From the NCBI GenBank assembly GCA_024679065.1, contig JAGIQG010000025.1, forward strand, positions 22,258,001-22,322,000: DNA of 64,000 bases. The letters run 5' to 3'. Both the position numbers and the translations under genes were made by a program. Below are positions 13,701 to 27,701 of this stretch, piece after piece. The first letter of the stretch is position 1. Each line of letters opens with the position of its first letter. The notes beneath the pieces were generated by a model. It was not told the origin of the DNA, did not search any database, and worked only from the letters and a program-made list of their open reading frames with translations. Origin of the DNA: Sphyrna mokarran. Taxonomy: Eukaryota.

Positions 13701-16700
13701 GATATAAAACACCACAGTTATCCTGAAACCAGTTTGAAGTCTTGAGCATTCAGTGGTGGTAGATTCTTTGCTTTCCCATGGCAACAGTTAATTGAAAGAC
13801 TGTGACATGATTTGAGGTAGAAGAATAGAAAAGCCCCACTGCATTCTTGCCTAATGAAGCCCCTAAGAATATTCAAAGCCATCTTTAAACAATTCACTGC
13901 TACCTCCTACCCACATCCCTCGTGGTATAAAAGTATTACTTTTGCACAAAAACTGTTTTTAAGTAGCTATGAAGACCATCAAACTTTCAACTTCAAAGGG
14001 ACTAAATTTAGCTGTAGTTTTACCTACATTTGCAACAGTAACCACACTTTCAATGTTAAGTGACTATTCATTGCCTCTACTTTTTCATAATAGGAAAAAT
14101 ATATTCAAACAGCTGTGAATTTTACAAAAAATGGCATTCTAAACACAGTTGAATCTCAACAAAGTTGAACAAATTTTTATCAACTGATTTACGCTGTAAT
14201 TTGCCATATTTTTGATCCCCCTGCCCCATCTACCCCACAGCCCCCAAAACATGATTAAATGAATGGATTTATAAATATCACTGGGCCTTGATATAGGTGG
14301 AGTTGTTAATACCAGCAAATAGTGCTGACACAGGCAGAGGTTACACATACACGAAACAGCTCTAATGGTGAAATTCATCTGGCACTACCATCTGGCCCTC
14401 TCAATGTCAGAATTGTCATCAGCCAATCTTTCAGAGAGAAGAATACTATATTCTTACAAATGTCATCTGCAGTTTGTGAAACTGCTTCACTGATAAAAGC
14501 CTATTCGTACATTGAATTAAATAATGTCAGATATCAACCATATGCACCAGGGTGAATATTTATGCTGTTATTGAAGCTATTTATCATCATCTTACAAAAT
14601 GATAATGAGGATCATCAAATAAAAATGATTGAATCATTAGAAAAGTAAATTTAAAATAACTACGACTCAGTCAGCTTACATTGCAAGAATTCTTTGCAGT
14701 GGGCCAGTGAATTTAGGATCGGAAAGTTTTGAATAACAATATTGCCCAAATAAGTATTGAAGCTGGTGTAATACTTATACTCAATGCTAATGTCACCAGG
14801 CTAATCTGCTTCAGTATGATTGATAGCTACATTGCTTTAAGTAAGTAGATGTGATTGCACCATTACGCACATTGCAAGTTCTAAAGAGCAAAAACCCCTT
14901 TATGTTCTTTTTACTAGTGATTCCCCCATGTTACATTTATCTCAGAGATAGAACCATTAATCTGCTGTGACTTTTCTAACTATTTATCTAGGTTTAAACA
15001 ATAAACATGCACATTACTCTTTTTTGTGAATTTAAATTCCATCACAAAGTGAAAAGTATTTCTTAACAGTCTATTGTCTGAAGATCCCAATTCAAACATG
15101 CACTATTTCCAATAACGAATCCCTCATCTCAATCTTCAAGGAAAACACATATGTAAGTATAAACACAGGCAATTTTTTGTAGTGATGCAGTTTTAGTGTA
15201 ACTATAAACAACTTTCCATCCATCCAGAAAATCCAGATTACGGTAGTGTAATTACCAAACACTGTTAACTGTTGTAACTATGGTTACTGCAAGAAAATGG
15301 CAGTGTACTGCTTTTGTTTTATAGGTTCAGAAGTTAAGCAGCTTACATCCAATTAAAACTAAACACAAGTCGGTGGTAAACAGGACAGCAATCTGGTTTC
15401 AAAATTGATTAATCAAAAAATTGCAAAGTTGATTTTCAATGATGAAATGCAGTTTTTGAGTATTATGTATCATACAACACAAACACTGCACAAAGTATTC
15501 AGCTCACATGATGATAAAGTACGAATAACTCTCAGCAATCTAGTTTAGTGCTTTGTTGATTGAGTTAAGCCAATCTGTTTCTGATTGCCTCAGTAGGCAG
15601 TTACACTGTCAAAACTAAACTTTAGACCAAAGAGAAAGTTGAGTACAAAAGAACCGACAGCTAACATACCCCAAATGAAGAGGAACAGTAGAATCAGCTC
15701 AGCAGAAAACTGAAAATGGGAAGAAGTTCTCTTTACTTCCATGGTTACTGAAGCATGCAGCCTAGAGATTTTCTGTAAAACTGTTTGTAACAGCTCCCAC
15801 AGTCATCTGCTTCTCCAGCATGTCCTTCAAAATCTGCCTACGGACTGATGAGAAGAACATCACAGGCACTCCATGCTCTGTCATTCTGTGAACACCAATG
15901 ATGCTCTGCCCTGTCCAGTTCCACAAGCTTTACTGCATCCGTTAGAGCATGTTGTAATATATGGCCTGGAGTACTAAACAGGACTGGGTGTGGATTAACT
16001 GTGCCTGGATCAATGATCCCCAACAGTTGAATTTCTAAATGCTCTTGGAGCTTTTAGGCACAAGACATTTTTATGGCAAATGTTTTCCCAAGGGCCTGCT
16101 GGTCAATGAATCTTTACAGAATTAATTAATTTTACAGCTTGTACCTGATCATTAGCTAAACTACAGAAAGGTTTTCATATAATTTCACAAATGTATGATT
16201 CAAAGGATATTTTATAGAAAGACACTGTCTCAAAGCTCAGGGCAATATCAACGAATCTTTTAACATACTAATTTTGGTTAACTGATAACTTAATATTGTA
16301 TAGTTGGATAGTGAATCTAAACATTTTTCAAGGCTATCTTTGTTAATTCCCTTTTATTGTAAATGTATGGATTTTATTTTTAAAAAAGTATCTTGTTTAT
16401 TCTGTATTTATTTTCTTATTAAAGGAATGTATATACTTCAGAAAGTCATTGCGCGTTTTGATTGCACAATACTTCTAAGAGTTTTTACATTTTTACAGTT
16501 AGTTTCTAGTTCTGAAGTGCTGGTGCTGGGATCAGGACAGGCCAAAGGATCAAGGCAACTTAATTGATTTTGATCTTGCCTTGGAATTAGCTGGAAATTG
16601 GAAATGCCATACCTACAAGTAGTTAGGTTGATTGAGGTTTTTGTCCTTAATGGTTATAAATGAATTGCTCTATTGAGGCAAAATATGTTCTGGTGATTTC

Positions 16701-19403
16701 TGAACAGTTTTCCCATGAAAATATAATATTACTGTTTTGTCTCACTTTGGTGGTGTGTTAATGTGCTGCAAGGTGACAAGTGTGTTCATGTGTTGCCTAC
16801 TATGAGTGCGTTAATGTGTTGTGCAAAACAAGTTAAAGGAGATCTAAACCCCATTGGAGAAGTCATTATTTTCACTGTTACGTAGTTTTTTTCTAAAATG
16901 ATGGTGAAAGCTTGCTATCATGTAGCTCACAGCACTCTGTGGCAGATGGAGGGCAGTGTAGGTACAGGTGGTTGCAGTCCAACAGGTCTGTCCACTCCAG
17001 GATCACCTTCATGTTTGTATCCCGCACGCTTATGGTCAGGTCCACCGACGTCAAGCTGATGTTCTTTTCTGACCACTGCTTCCTGCTGGCTGACTGACAG
17101 CTAGAGGAAAGCCAGAAAGTGGGCAGGGGGTCCTGAAAGCTAAATGTAGAACTGTTGATCCCAGAGAACTTCGAGGAACTCAAAAGGGTTTATCACAGTT
17201 GGAGGATGGTGAAATTCTTCTTTGAGTCTCCATTGCCCTGGTGGGAAGCCATCAAGGGCAACATCAAAAGCTTCTTCGGTCGCAAAGGGGTTCAGAAGGC
17301 TAGGGAGAGATAGGGGGGAATGCCCCAACTCCATGGGGGTTGATATCAAGGAGGATCTCTGGGAGGTGAACAGCCAGCAAGCCTTGTTCATTGCCTCAGA
17401 GGCTGCCAAGGTCATCTTCTGGTCCAGGGCTCGCTCTGTGGAGCAGGACAAAAAGTGCTTGTGTCTTTTCTTCCAGAAGGTGCACAGAGAAACCTCTGTG
17501 ATCAGCAGCCTGAAGGAAGAAGATGACTTTATAAGGTCATCACAGTCTGACATTGAGGATCTACAAATCCTTCTATGCTGGACTTTATGATCTCAAGTCA
17601 ACAGACAACACAGCCTCCCAGTCTTTTCTGTTGTCTATCACGCAGGTCTTGGAAGACAGCCAGCGGGAGAGCTTGGACAGACCGGTATCTCTGGACAAGC
17701 TGACAAAGGCCGTCAAGTCCTTTCAGAAGGATAAAACTCTCAGAAGTGGCAGCTTACTGGCTGAGTTTTACTCAGCGATGTGGGAGTTGACAGGCCCAGA
17801 CGTCCTGGAAGTATAGGAGAGTATGCTTCTGGAAGGTAGAATGTCAAAATCCACGAGGAAAGGCATCATTACTCTCATCTACAAACAGAAGGGGGAAAGT
17901 GAAGAAATTAGAAATTGGCGACCCATTTCATTTTTGAACATGGATTATAAAATTCTGGCCAACGTCATTGCCAACCAGGTCAAATCTCCTCTGGGGTCAG
18001 TGATTCATCCTAATCAAACCTGTGCTGTACCCGGCAGGAAGATCTCTGACAGCCTCGTGCTACTCAGGGATACGATCGCCTACATGCTGGATAGCCATGT
18101 GGATATGTATCTCATCAGCCTAGACCAGGAGAAGGCGTTTGACAGAATATCACACAGCTACATGATGGATGTGCTCTCCAAAATGGGCTTTGGGGAAGGA
18201 ATTGCAATAGGATCCAACTGCTCTACATAGACATCAGTAGCACAGTTTCAGTCAACGGGTGGGAATCAAAGAGGTTTCAGATCAAGTCTGGAGTCAGGCA
18301 AGGCTGCATTCTCTCTCCTCCATCCTTTTTGTGTGTTGCATTGAACCCTTTGCCAAGGCCCTCAGAAGCGACCCAGGCAGCAGAGACATGCAAGTCAAAG
18401 CCTCCCTGTACGTGGATGAAGTGGCTGTTTCTGCTCAGACTCCTCGTCTGTTCGCTCCTCCAGGCCTGCGAGCAGTTTGACCTGGCCTCGGGAACCAAAG
18501 TCACCCAGAGCAAGAGTGAGACCATGTTCTTTGGGAACTGAGTTGACAATCCTTTGTTTTCTTCACTGTCAGATTACCTGAAGGTGCTGGGGATATGGTT
18601 TGGAGTGACAGGGACATGCACCAAAAACTGGGACAAGCGCATCGCAAAAGCTGAGCAAAAACTGGGCTTGTGGGAGCAACGCTCTCTCTCCAATGACAGG
18701 AAAAGACCTGTGATCCAGTGCGAGGTGCTGTCCATGTTGTTGTACGCGGCGCAGGTGTGGCCTGTCCCTAAATCCTGCTCTGCAGTAGTGAAGCAGGCTG
18801 TCTTCAAGTTTACCTGGAGATCAACGATGGATCACATCTGGAGTGAAGCTCCAGAATCTCCAGGAAACAGAGGGAAAAACATTCCCAACGCCGCCCTCAT
18901 CCTGATGGCTATCTTTGTGTGCGGTCAAGCTGTGTGTAGATCCTCAGTACGCTAACAGCAAGTGCCACTACTTTTTGAAGTTCTATCTGTCCTGAGTGTT
19001 GCAGAAGATGGGTCTGGCCACACTGCTACAGAACATTCCAAGCAGTTGGACCATACCGCACCATCTGTCTTTCGTGGAGAAATTTTTCTGCAAACGCACT
19101 TTCGACCACATGGTGATCAAGCAGTGGTCAGTGCATAATGTCCTGGAGGTCCTGAGAGAAAAGGAGATGGTGGATCCTGTCAGATGGTTCCCTGAGCAGA
19201 CTGTCAGTGTCATCTCGTAGAACGTCTCATCACCAGAACTCTCAAACAAGTGTCAAGATCTAGCTTGGCTGGTGGTGAGAAGGGCACTTCTCATCAGATC
19301 CTTTATGCATGCTTGAGGTCTCAACATCACCACACGTTCTCCTCAAAGCAGCTGCGGGGCTGATGAGGCGGTTGCACACCTCCTTGTGGAATGCCTCTTT
19401 GCA

Positions 19404-20478
19404 TAGAGGTCGGTCACCAGTGGAGTTCCCAGGGATCTGTTTTGGGACCCTTGCTGTTTGTGATTTTTATAAATGACTTAGATGAGAAAATGGAGGGGTG
19501 GGTTGGTAAGTTTGCCAATGACACGAAGATCGGAAGTGTTTGGAGGGATGTCAGAAGTTGCATAGATAGGATGCAAGACTGGGCGGGGAAGAGGCAGATG
19601 GACTTCAAGCCGGATAAACGTGTAGTGGTACATTTTGGCAGGTCAAATGGGATAAAGGGTAAGACTCTTAGCAGTGTGGAAGATTAGAAGGATCTTGGGG
19701 TCTGAGTTCATAGGACTCTCAAATCGGCTTCACAGGTAGAGGATATGGTTAAGAAGGCGTATGGTGTACTGGTCTTCATCAATCGAGGAATTGAGTTTAG
19801 AAGCTGGAAGATAATGCTGCAATGGTATAAGACACTGGTCAGATCCCACTTGGAGTCCTGTGCTCAGTCCTGGTCACCTCATTATAGGAGGGATGTGGAA
19901 GTCATTGAAAGAATGCAGAGGAGATTTACAAGGATGTTACCTGGATTGGGTGGCATGCCTTGAGAGAGCTCGATCTTTTCTTAGAGAGACAAAGAACATA
20001 AGAAATAGGAACAGAAGTAGGCCATCTAGCCCTTCGATTCTGCTCTGCCATTCAATAAGATCATGGCTGATCTGAAGTGGATCTGTTCCGCTTTCCCTTA
20101 ATTCCCTTGTCTATCAGAAATCTATCTACCCATGACTTAAATGGGTAGATAAAGGATGAGAGGGGACCTGATAGAGGTGTATAAGATGATGAGAGGTATT
20201 GATCAGGTGGACTGAAATGGCTACCACAAGAGGACATAGGTTTAAGGTGCTGGGGAGTAGGTACAGAGGAGAAGTCAGGGGTAAGTTTTTCACTCAGAGG
20301 GTGGTGGGTAAGTGGAATCGGTAATGGTGGAGGCAAATTCGTTAGGGGCTTTCAAGAGACTTCTGGATGAGTACATGGGACTTAATAGGATTGAGGGTTA
20401 TAAATAAACCTAGTAGGTAGAGATCAGACTTGTGGGCCAAACAGTCTGTTTGTGCAGTAGTTTTTCTATAATTCAATG
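19404..20478 (+). mobile_element. CR1 LINE (5'-truncated) inserted in Tx1
   Basis: QGSVLGPLLFVIFINDLD, KFANDTKIG, YKTLVRSHLE, RRFTRMLPGL; ttctat-type tail. Confidence 0.92.
19988..20143 (-). mobile_element. CR1 3' end nested antisense in the CR1 above
   Basis: aagaacataagaaataggaacagaagtaggcc...aataagatcatggctgatctg interrupts the CR1 coding sequence. Confidence 0.75.
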
Positions 20479-21567
20479 GAAGAAGGTCTGAAGTGAGATG
20501 CAGTGGTATTTGTCGAGTTCATCCCGAGCAGCTTGGTAATGCAGAACTCTGTGCTCCATGAGCTGTTTCCAGGGACTCATACCGAGACAAGTATCAACTG
20601 CTGCTGAAGGGTCATCATCTCGGTAAAGGATGCACTTTGGTCTGCCGGAAACTTGCTGACCTTCTAGTTGAAAGAACTGTCTTCGACCGAATGTTGCAGG
20701 CAGGCACATTTCAAGGTCCAGGGCGTGGTGCTGAGGAATGCGCTCAAGCTTGGGGCAGCCGCGACAAAGGCACAATGGGGAAAGGCCACATTGTAAGACC
20801 TTTCAACAGAGGCAGACCGAGGGCCCAAGAGCTGCAGAAAACCCTTGGCCTGCGTAACTGTGTGCCAATCTGAGAAATGCAGCATACTTTAAAATCTGAA
20901 GTATGTACAAAGTTTTAAGTTTTGAAACACAATGATAGAAATTTTGTATAGAACAATAAAAATGACTTTTTCTGCACTGTTTGCAATTTTTAGATATATA
21001 GGTTTGCAATGGTATAATTGAAATTTTTTATGAATAAAGTATATTTTTGAAAAACAACCGCTATACTCAAAGGCCACCAGAGCTGCTACAAATGTTTATT
21101 TTGCTATTAAATTTAAATATGTTTTTGCTAATTCTGTAAACTGCTAATTAGTAATGTCAAATTAGTCAACTCTTAATATAATGAAACTTCCCACATAATG
21201 AAATCCTGTCATGCAAAGAGGGAATGTAGTTGATACAAACGTACCCAAAACCAGCACTGTTGTCAATGCAGCATTCCCTCAGTACTGTAAAGTGTCTGTT
21301 TAGATTATAATCCTAAATCCTGAAATTGGGCTTGAAACCAGAAGCAAAACTCCTATCACTGATTTTAAGTTCATGATATGTTAATTGTATCCTATTCTGC
21401 ACCAAACAGAACTTGAGAGGATCTTTGCAGTCATATGTTCAGTTTTCCAGAGGGAGAAATATTTTGATGGAGTGTGAAATGCTTTGCCATTGGAAACAGT
21501 TGAGGAAAGTCCATTGCATGTGTAAGGAAAGAGAAACATTTAAAATTAAAGATTATACAAGGGAATA

Positions 21568-22764
21568 GGAGTGATTCTGCTAAAAAAAAATTCGAAGTAT
21601 CAAATTTGCGTTAAAAACTGGAGTAAATTATGCCGCTTTTTTTTCAATGGGAGTTCTAAAATGCATTTCCCACACTCTGTGCACTGACATGAATCAGTTC
21701 AAAAGTGGGGGGCTGTGCCTATTCCTGTTGGAGAGGCTGGTAGGTCAGGCTGAGCGGGCCGCTGCACACGTGCCGATCTGTTCGTGCCGAGATTGGCTCG
21801 TGCACAGTGGCCCCTGTCTGCTGCCCTCCCGATTGCTGGCTAGCCTCAACCCCTGACTGTCAGCTATATGACCTCCTCCCCCTCCCCCACCCCGAGCATG
21901 CTGGACCAGCCTCAACGCCCCACCCTCCCATGACCTCTCTCCCAGTAACCCTGAGCACTCCCCCCACCCTTCCCAAGCAGGCTGCCCCTCTCCACCTTGT
22001 TGGCCAGCTCTGATTGCTGGCCTCCTTCCCTCATGATTCTGACTGCAGAGTGGCAGCAGGACCCTCACCAATCATCCCTCTAAAGGCCCTGCCCCATCAG
22101 ACCATGATGTCTGATGGGCAGTGCCAGGAAACCCATGCTGATACTACTAAGGTGGCAATACGTAGGGCACTCCCTTCCCACTACCCAACCCTCTGGTGGC
22201 CTTGATTCCTTCCCTTTCAGTGGTATCAGGCAACCAGCTCCCCGAGAGTGGGGAGCTGTACTAAACATTGCTGAAGTGAAATTTTCTGGGTTGGGAGTAA
22301 GAGAGAGAGGCTACTGGGCCTAGAGATTTCAGTCCCAAGCTCACTAATACTACTTAAAACATATTCAAATGAGGACCTGCATACATTGTACAGCTCCATG
22401 CCAATTTCTGGCGTGGAGCTGATGGTGCCAGAAATCCAACTGCCGAACACGCACCAAGGTCTGGATGCCCAGCGAGGAGTCTGCGAAGTGGCATCTGCTA
22501 GAGTCTCCCGGCTTGCTATGCTACAAAAACAGAGTAAGTCGTCACATAACACCAGGTTAAAGTCCAACAGGTTTATTTGAAAGCAAAACCCACTAGCTTT
22601 CGGAACACTGCTGGCTCCGAAAGCCTAATGGCTTTTGCTACCAAATAAACCTGTTGGATTTTAAACTGGTATTGTCTAATTTATTACTGTGTTTACCCCA
22701 GTTCAATGCCAGCATCTCCACATCATGACTACAAAAGCAGCACAGTGGGCTGGGAGAATCACCC
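21568..22764. mobile_element. GC-rich non-autonomous DNA transposon (Harbinger-like TIRs)
   Basis: ggagtgattct...agaatcaccc TIR-like ends and a GC-rich interior; may be composite. Confidence 0.45.
22533..22728. mobile_element. PLE family A pLTR with inverted arm (hairpin)
   Basis: Inverted agtaag...aggttaaagtccaacaggtttatttg / caaataaacctgttggattttaaactgg...ttact; TSD ctacaaaa(a/g)cag at 22521-22532 and 22729-22740. Confidence 0.8.
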
Positions 22765-22951
22765 TCCAAAATTTTGGATTTGTGTTGTGAGGAGCTGTAT
22801 GGGCATAATCAGCCAAAGTATTCCCTTTTGTTCTGTAAACTGCTTCCATGGTTAGCGGTTATTCCACTTTTGAACTGTAGAAAGGACATAAGTAGAACTG
22901 TATCTTTGTCCAAATTATTATGAAGTATTCTTTACTTACTTGAAATATATA

Positions 22952-23694
22952 GGGCCAAATTTTTCTGAAGAGTGACTAAGTATCATAAAGGCAAGAAAAC
23001 CAGAGCACAGACCAGATCGTAATTGTCTCACACTGTCATTTTTTTGGGAGAGTGGTAAGTTGCATGCTAGTTCCTCCCACTCCTTCATGATCCCACTCAG
23101 GCCCCACCCAATAGCCACCCCATTCATTGGCACGACCTTTGGTATACTGCCATCCACCTGGCAATGTGCAACGGGTGTGCCAGGTGGACTCTGCCTACTC
23201 ATGTCCCAGCCATCCAAGGGTTTCAATGCCCTCCTCCCCCAATACCTGATCTTCACTAGTGGACAGTAGTAGAGATACTCCCCAGATTCTCCCCATGCCC
23301 AAAGGTTGGAAGATTCCAGGATAATCCAATGGCTGGAAGGAGGATGGGTGTGAAAGGGAGTCACCCCATGGCTGTAAGAGAAGTGATGGTGAAAGGGGGA
23401 TCACCCAATGACTGTAAACAGGGTCCCAACACTTGTCTTGGGGGATGGGAGCTGTTCAGTTTGTGTATTGATAGGGGTGCTCTTAACAATGGCACCCTGA
23501 TCTCTAAGAAGCTGACCTAGCCAGTATTATCAAGCCACCCTGTCAGCATGATGGTATAAATCCCACCCACTCATGTTTTTTTATTCAGTGAGGCTCAGCA
23601 TCTGGAATGAAAACTGGTCTTTGTAGCTGGAGAGTTCCACGCTGGTTTTCAGTCCAAGCCTGACAGTTCGGAAAAATAAAGGAAAATTCCATCC
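22952..23694. mobile_element. Non-autonomous Harbinger-like element
   Basis: gggccaaattttt...ggaaaattccatcc ends; inverted subterminal gaaaaccag/ctggttttc. Confidence 0.4.
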
Positions 23695-23851
23695 AAAATC
23701 TTGTGTGAATCATGATGAGCTGATAATTATGCAACGTGTTGACATAAATGATCTGAACACAGCCTCCTTTTAATGTAATAAGTATATAGAGACAAAATAC
23801 TCAAAATTGAATTAGAAAGGAAATGGTGGAAATGCTTAAAACTAAAACAGT

Positions 23852-24038
23852 AGGAGGGATTCCCTCTGCTCTTCACAGGGCATTTTGCAGCAATGGAGGG
23901 AACTGCCATTGGCCAGCTGTGGGATTTTCTGTCAACAGGGTTTCCCATAGTTTGCACCTTCCACTACAACTTATTGGGCTGCTGGAGTGGGAGAGATTGT
24001 TGAGTCGCATCAGCAAGAATGGTCACAAAATCCTGCCC
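23852..24038. mobile_element. Harbinger-type MITE
   Basis: Ends aaaatcctgccc, the reverse complement of the gggcaggatttt TIR at 46524. Confidence 0.55.
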
Positions 24039-25074
24039 ATTAACTTTGTTTCTCTTTCCACGGATGTTGCCTGACCAGCTGAGTATTCCCAGTATTTTCT
24101 ACTTTTATGATGAAAATACAATTTGATGCTGCATTAATGTTATGCCAAAAAATGTCAGTAACATATTTAGCAAATACTGTAGAAGAGAAGGGCAACCTGT
24201 GCAGTCATGCCTATCAAAATTTACCTCCATGCTACCTTAGACCAGAATTAAACATGGAATTACATCAGTAATGCATCTATTGTTCAATTCCCTATATCCA
24301 ATTGTTTGCCTGAAGCTTGATCATGGAAATCTAAACTTGTTTCCAAATTTACAGATTTGACCATGTTCGTGAAAGCCACGAGAAATCTTCAATCTGCAAT
24401 TTTCAATATTCAGATTGTTATCAATGAAATATTTCTCTGAAATGTGTTTCACCTCCATAATAAAAATTGACCTTAGTCATTTTTGCACCATTTACAGCTC
24501 TCCCCATCACTTGAAAACCACTTTATAAATCTCTACTCCATGGGGGGATGATCAGTGCTGACAGTACAAACATAAGGGAAATGATCATTAGCAATGTGAA
24601 AATATTGGCTTTACTTCTGCATTTGGGCTCCATTGAATAAGATTTTTGTTAATTTTCCTAATGCTTGCTCCTTGGCTTGATGTCCATTTTTCTTTGATTA
24701 TGCCTCTGTGAAACACCTGGGGCCATTTTTCTATGTTCATGGCTTCATTTAAAAATTTGTTTAATTGATGTGTAAATTGCTAATCAGTTCGCAACTCATT
24801 CAGATTACAGTGTTATGAATAAAGGCCAGAATTTCACTCTCCCACTCCCCTGGCAGATTCTAAGGAGGGGTAAGATGGTGAAATTGAATAAACCCTTTGG
24901 GTTGCTGTCTGCCCTGCCCCGATTTTATACTGGGATGGGCAGGATCTCAGAGGGGGACTCCTTTCCTTTCTTTCGGTAACTACTTAAAGGCTGTCTCGCC
25001 CAGCCTCACTCTTAAAGCTCGCAGGCAGACAATAGATCTCAAGTAGGAAGATGTAGGGGGTTTGGGCTCCCTTT

Positions 25075-25114
25075 AAAGTGGCCCCGTATGTCCAGTGACA
25101 TACGGGGCCACTTT
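25075..25114. repeat. Perfect 18-bp inverted repeat with 4-nt loop
   Basis: aaagtggccccgtatgtc-cagt-gacatacggggccacttt. Confidence 0.95.
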
Positions 25115-26899
25115 CCAGTTCTGCAAGTGATGTAAATCGTTAAAAATGACCTTCAATGGAAAATAAAATGCACCAAACGAATGACCAAATTGCTATCAAC
25201 TGCATTGCAACAGTGTAAGATAAAACTACTTCCAAAGTATGTTTAATTTAACAGCAGTTCTCTGACAGATTATCTGTGTTGATATAATTAATGAGTGAGT
25301 TTATCCTCCGATCCCTATATAAAGGCTCATTGACTTCATTAAAGTTGAAAGCATTTGGGAAGTACTTTCTGTGTTTAGCAAGTGATGCTGAAAAGCTCAT
25401 GTCACGTGGAAGCATATCACTATGCTATGAAACTACCTCTATGTCATTCATGGATAACACGATCTCAGCAAAAATGATACCAATTCAAGAATCCAACTTG
25501 TATAAAGAATTTGAATTGACTTCAGCACTCTCTTTACCATTGCTGGCAATATGCATTTTTTGTGCAAAAAGTGAAGGCAGATTACATTATCAGAGGATTT
25601 GGGGGCTGAACAGGGTTTCTGAAAATGTTGAGTAATCGTTGCATTTCTACTGTTAATTCAAATGTTCTGTAATTTTCGTTCTGAAGTGGTTGAGCTTCAG
25701 AAAATATCATCAATCTTCCTTTATTTACGAAATAAAAACTGAAATAAGAACACTGAGATTGAATTCTGATGCTGGAGATGTCAACTTGTGAATCCAGAAT
25801 CCAACTAACACATCCATACCGGTCACTGAATGCTCTCTGCTAAGGTTTTGAGAAGCCTGACACGGGCTGCATAGAAGAGAAAGCCTCATCTCAGGAGCAC
25901 AGAAGCTCTTAGATGCTCAAAGCCATAAGCAAGCATGGTGACAAGTTTCATACTGCATTGGCTCCCACAGAGCTCAGCTTGGTCTTGTGATTACATGTTG
26001 GAGATGGATCACAGCATAAGATACATACTGTCCTCTTCAAAGCATTTGTGATTTGATTTTGGCATTCTTGCATCAATCACATTTTTCAGCCTCCATTGAA
26101 AGGAGCAATGCTTGTGTTAAAAATGTGCTGAAAGGTATCTTTTTCCTTGGGTAAGGGAAAAAGTTTGAAAACCGATAGTCATTTTTGTCATAATCATGGA
26201 TCTATGTTTGTGTCATCTTGTGTTTCAAAAGCAATTAAAAAATTTGTCAAATTTTCAAGATCAAATTTATCACATAAAGTTGAGGCAGTGATGTTAAACA
26301 GTTATTTAAAGGGTGGATGCTTTTAGTATGACATTTGGGGGAAAAGGGCTTTGATTTTCTTGTAATTCTCCTCACAGATTTTCTTTCTTCAAGCCAATTC
26401 CAGAAATGATTAGTCGGTGATCTTTTCTCTTTGACGTCTGAAATCAATAGTAAATCCAGAATCCATTTTAAAATCCACTTCAGGTCATCATCCAATTATT
26501 CTAGCTGCGCCAGATAAGGCACATTCTCTGTTGAGCTCCTGAACTACAAAAACAAACACAGGAACACGTGACTAAACTGTATAGAATTAGGACAATAAAG
26601 GTTTATTTATTTTCCCAACTGCATATCAATTTCTTTAATTTTTCTCTCTTTATTGCCATTCTTACTTAGAATGTCTTTCCCACATCCAATGAGGCATAAG
26701 CTAGCCAAACAGGTGTTTGTTTCCACAACTAGTTTTTTCTGGAGCAGGTTGCTAGACAGTTGCCAGAGGCTATCGTTTGAGGGGTGCCGTTCCACATCAA
26801 ACATGGCTGACCAGAAGTCTCTTCTGCTTTTACTGCCTACCATAGGTGTATTGAAAAGATTTTTAAGCTAATAATCAATCTTTTTGAACACATAATGGA

Positions 26900-26990
26900 T
26901 TCATCATCCATGGCCATTAAGTTGTGGAGTGGGACTTGAACCTGGACCTTCTGGCTCAGAACCAGGGCTACTCACTGCGCCACAAGACTG
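26900..26990 (-). mobile_element. tRNA-derived SINE head
   Basis: Reverse strand gtggcgcagtgagtagc (A-box-like) ...ccaggttcaagtccc (B-box-like). Confidence 0.6.
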
Positions 26991-27701
26991 TTGGTATTCT
27001 TCCTGCAAGTACATTCAAATAAAAATCGCTGATTTGATGTTGATCAAAAATATTTTAACTTTTAAATGAATCTGTTTTGGATAGATTCTGCTTGAGAATA
27101 GTGCATAATACAGCTACAAACATAAATCATTTTAGTGATATTTAAAAATTAGGTACAAACCATGTTAAAACAGTTTTGTGATTGTGAATATGACAAGCTT
27201 CAATCTGATTGCTGGGACTGGTAGAAGGGTTCGAAGACAAATTATTTTACTGGTATTTTTAATATTTCATACAAAATATTTTGTACAAGGTCTTTTATTT
27301 TGAGCTTCTAAATTCCAATAATTTTTTCTCTCTCTCCCCTCTCTCTCCCCCACAATATAAGCTATGTTTTGAAAACTGCTTCCAAAAACCTCATGAAAAT
27401 GATACACACAGCATCTGCAAATATAGGGTCTCTCTCTCTCTCTCTCTGTTTATGTATATATTTGCTAGGGTCTCTTAAAATGCTGAAATTCAGTTTTTGT
27501 TAGCCTTAAACCGGCTGCTGAATTTAAAATTGAATTACTTAGAATCTAAACTGTAGGTCTGAATTACTGGGGCTGAATTCTTTTGCGTGCTTTCTTATCC
27601 TTGCCTTTCAGAAGTTGAAAGTGCAGGTTGCAGTACAGTTTATATATATGCACATGCGACCCACACACACACAAACCACTCCCTCTACAAATTAGTGAAC
27701 A

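Larger units (their letters stand above)
16890..21054 (+). mobile_element. Tx1/L1-clade LINE ORF2 (endonuclease end + RT + C-terminus), pseudogenised and interrupted
   Basis: SRITFMFVS...SDHC (APE end); NWRPISFLNMDYKILA, LISLDQEKAFDRISH, GVRQGC, YVDEV (RT); HLLVECLFA|KKV across the CR1 insertion; 3' end aataaagtatatttttgaaaaa. Confidence 0.9.

Noticed and set aside
15843-15910. ctgatga as a C/D snoRNA box C or hammerhead core
   Set aside because: No matching box D with terminal stem and no GAAA/helix II arrangement.
17823-18230. 135-aa RT ORF as an active gene
   Set aside because: Fragment of a Tx1 ORF2 broken by stops, frameshifts and insertions.
26400-26560. Strong minus-strand splice acceptor (tgtgtttgtttttgtag) suggesting a coding exon
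   Set aside because: All three frames hit stops within ~55 nt and no donor is evident; a non-coding exon cannot be excluded.
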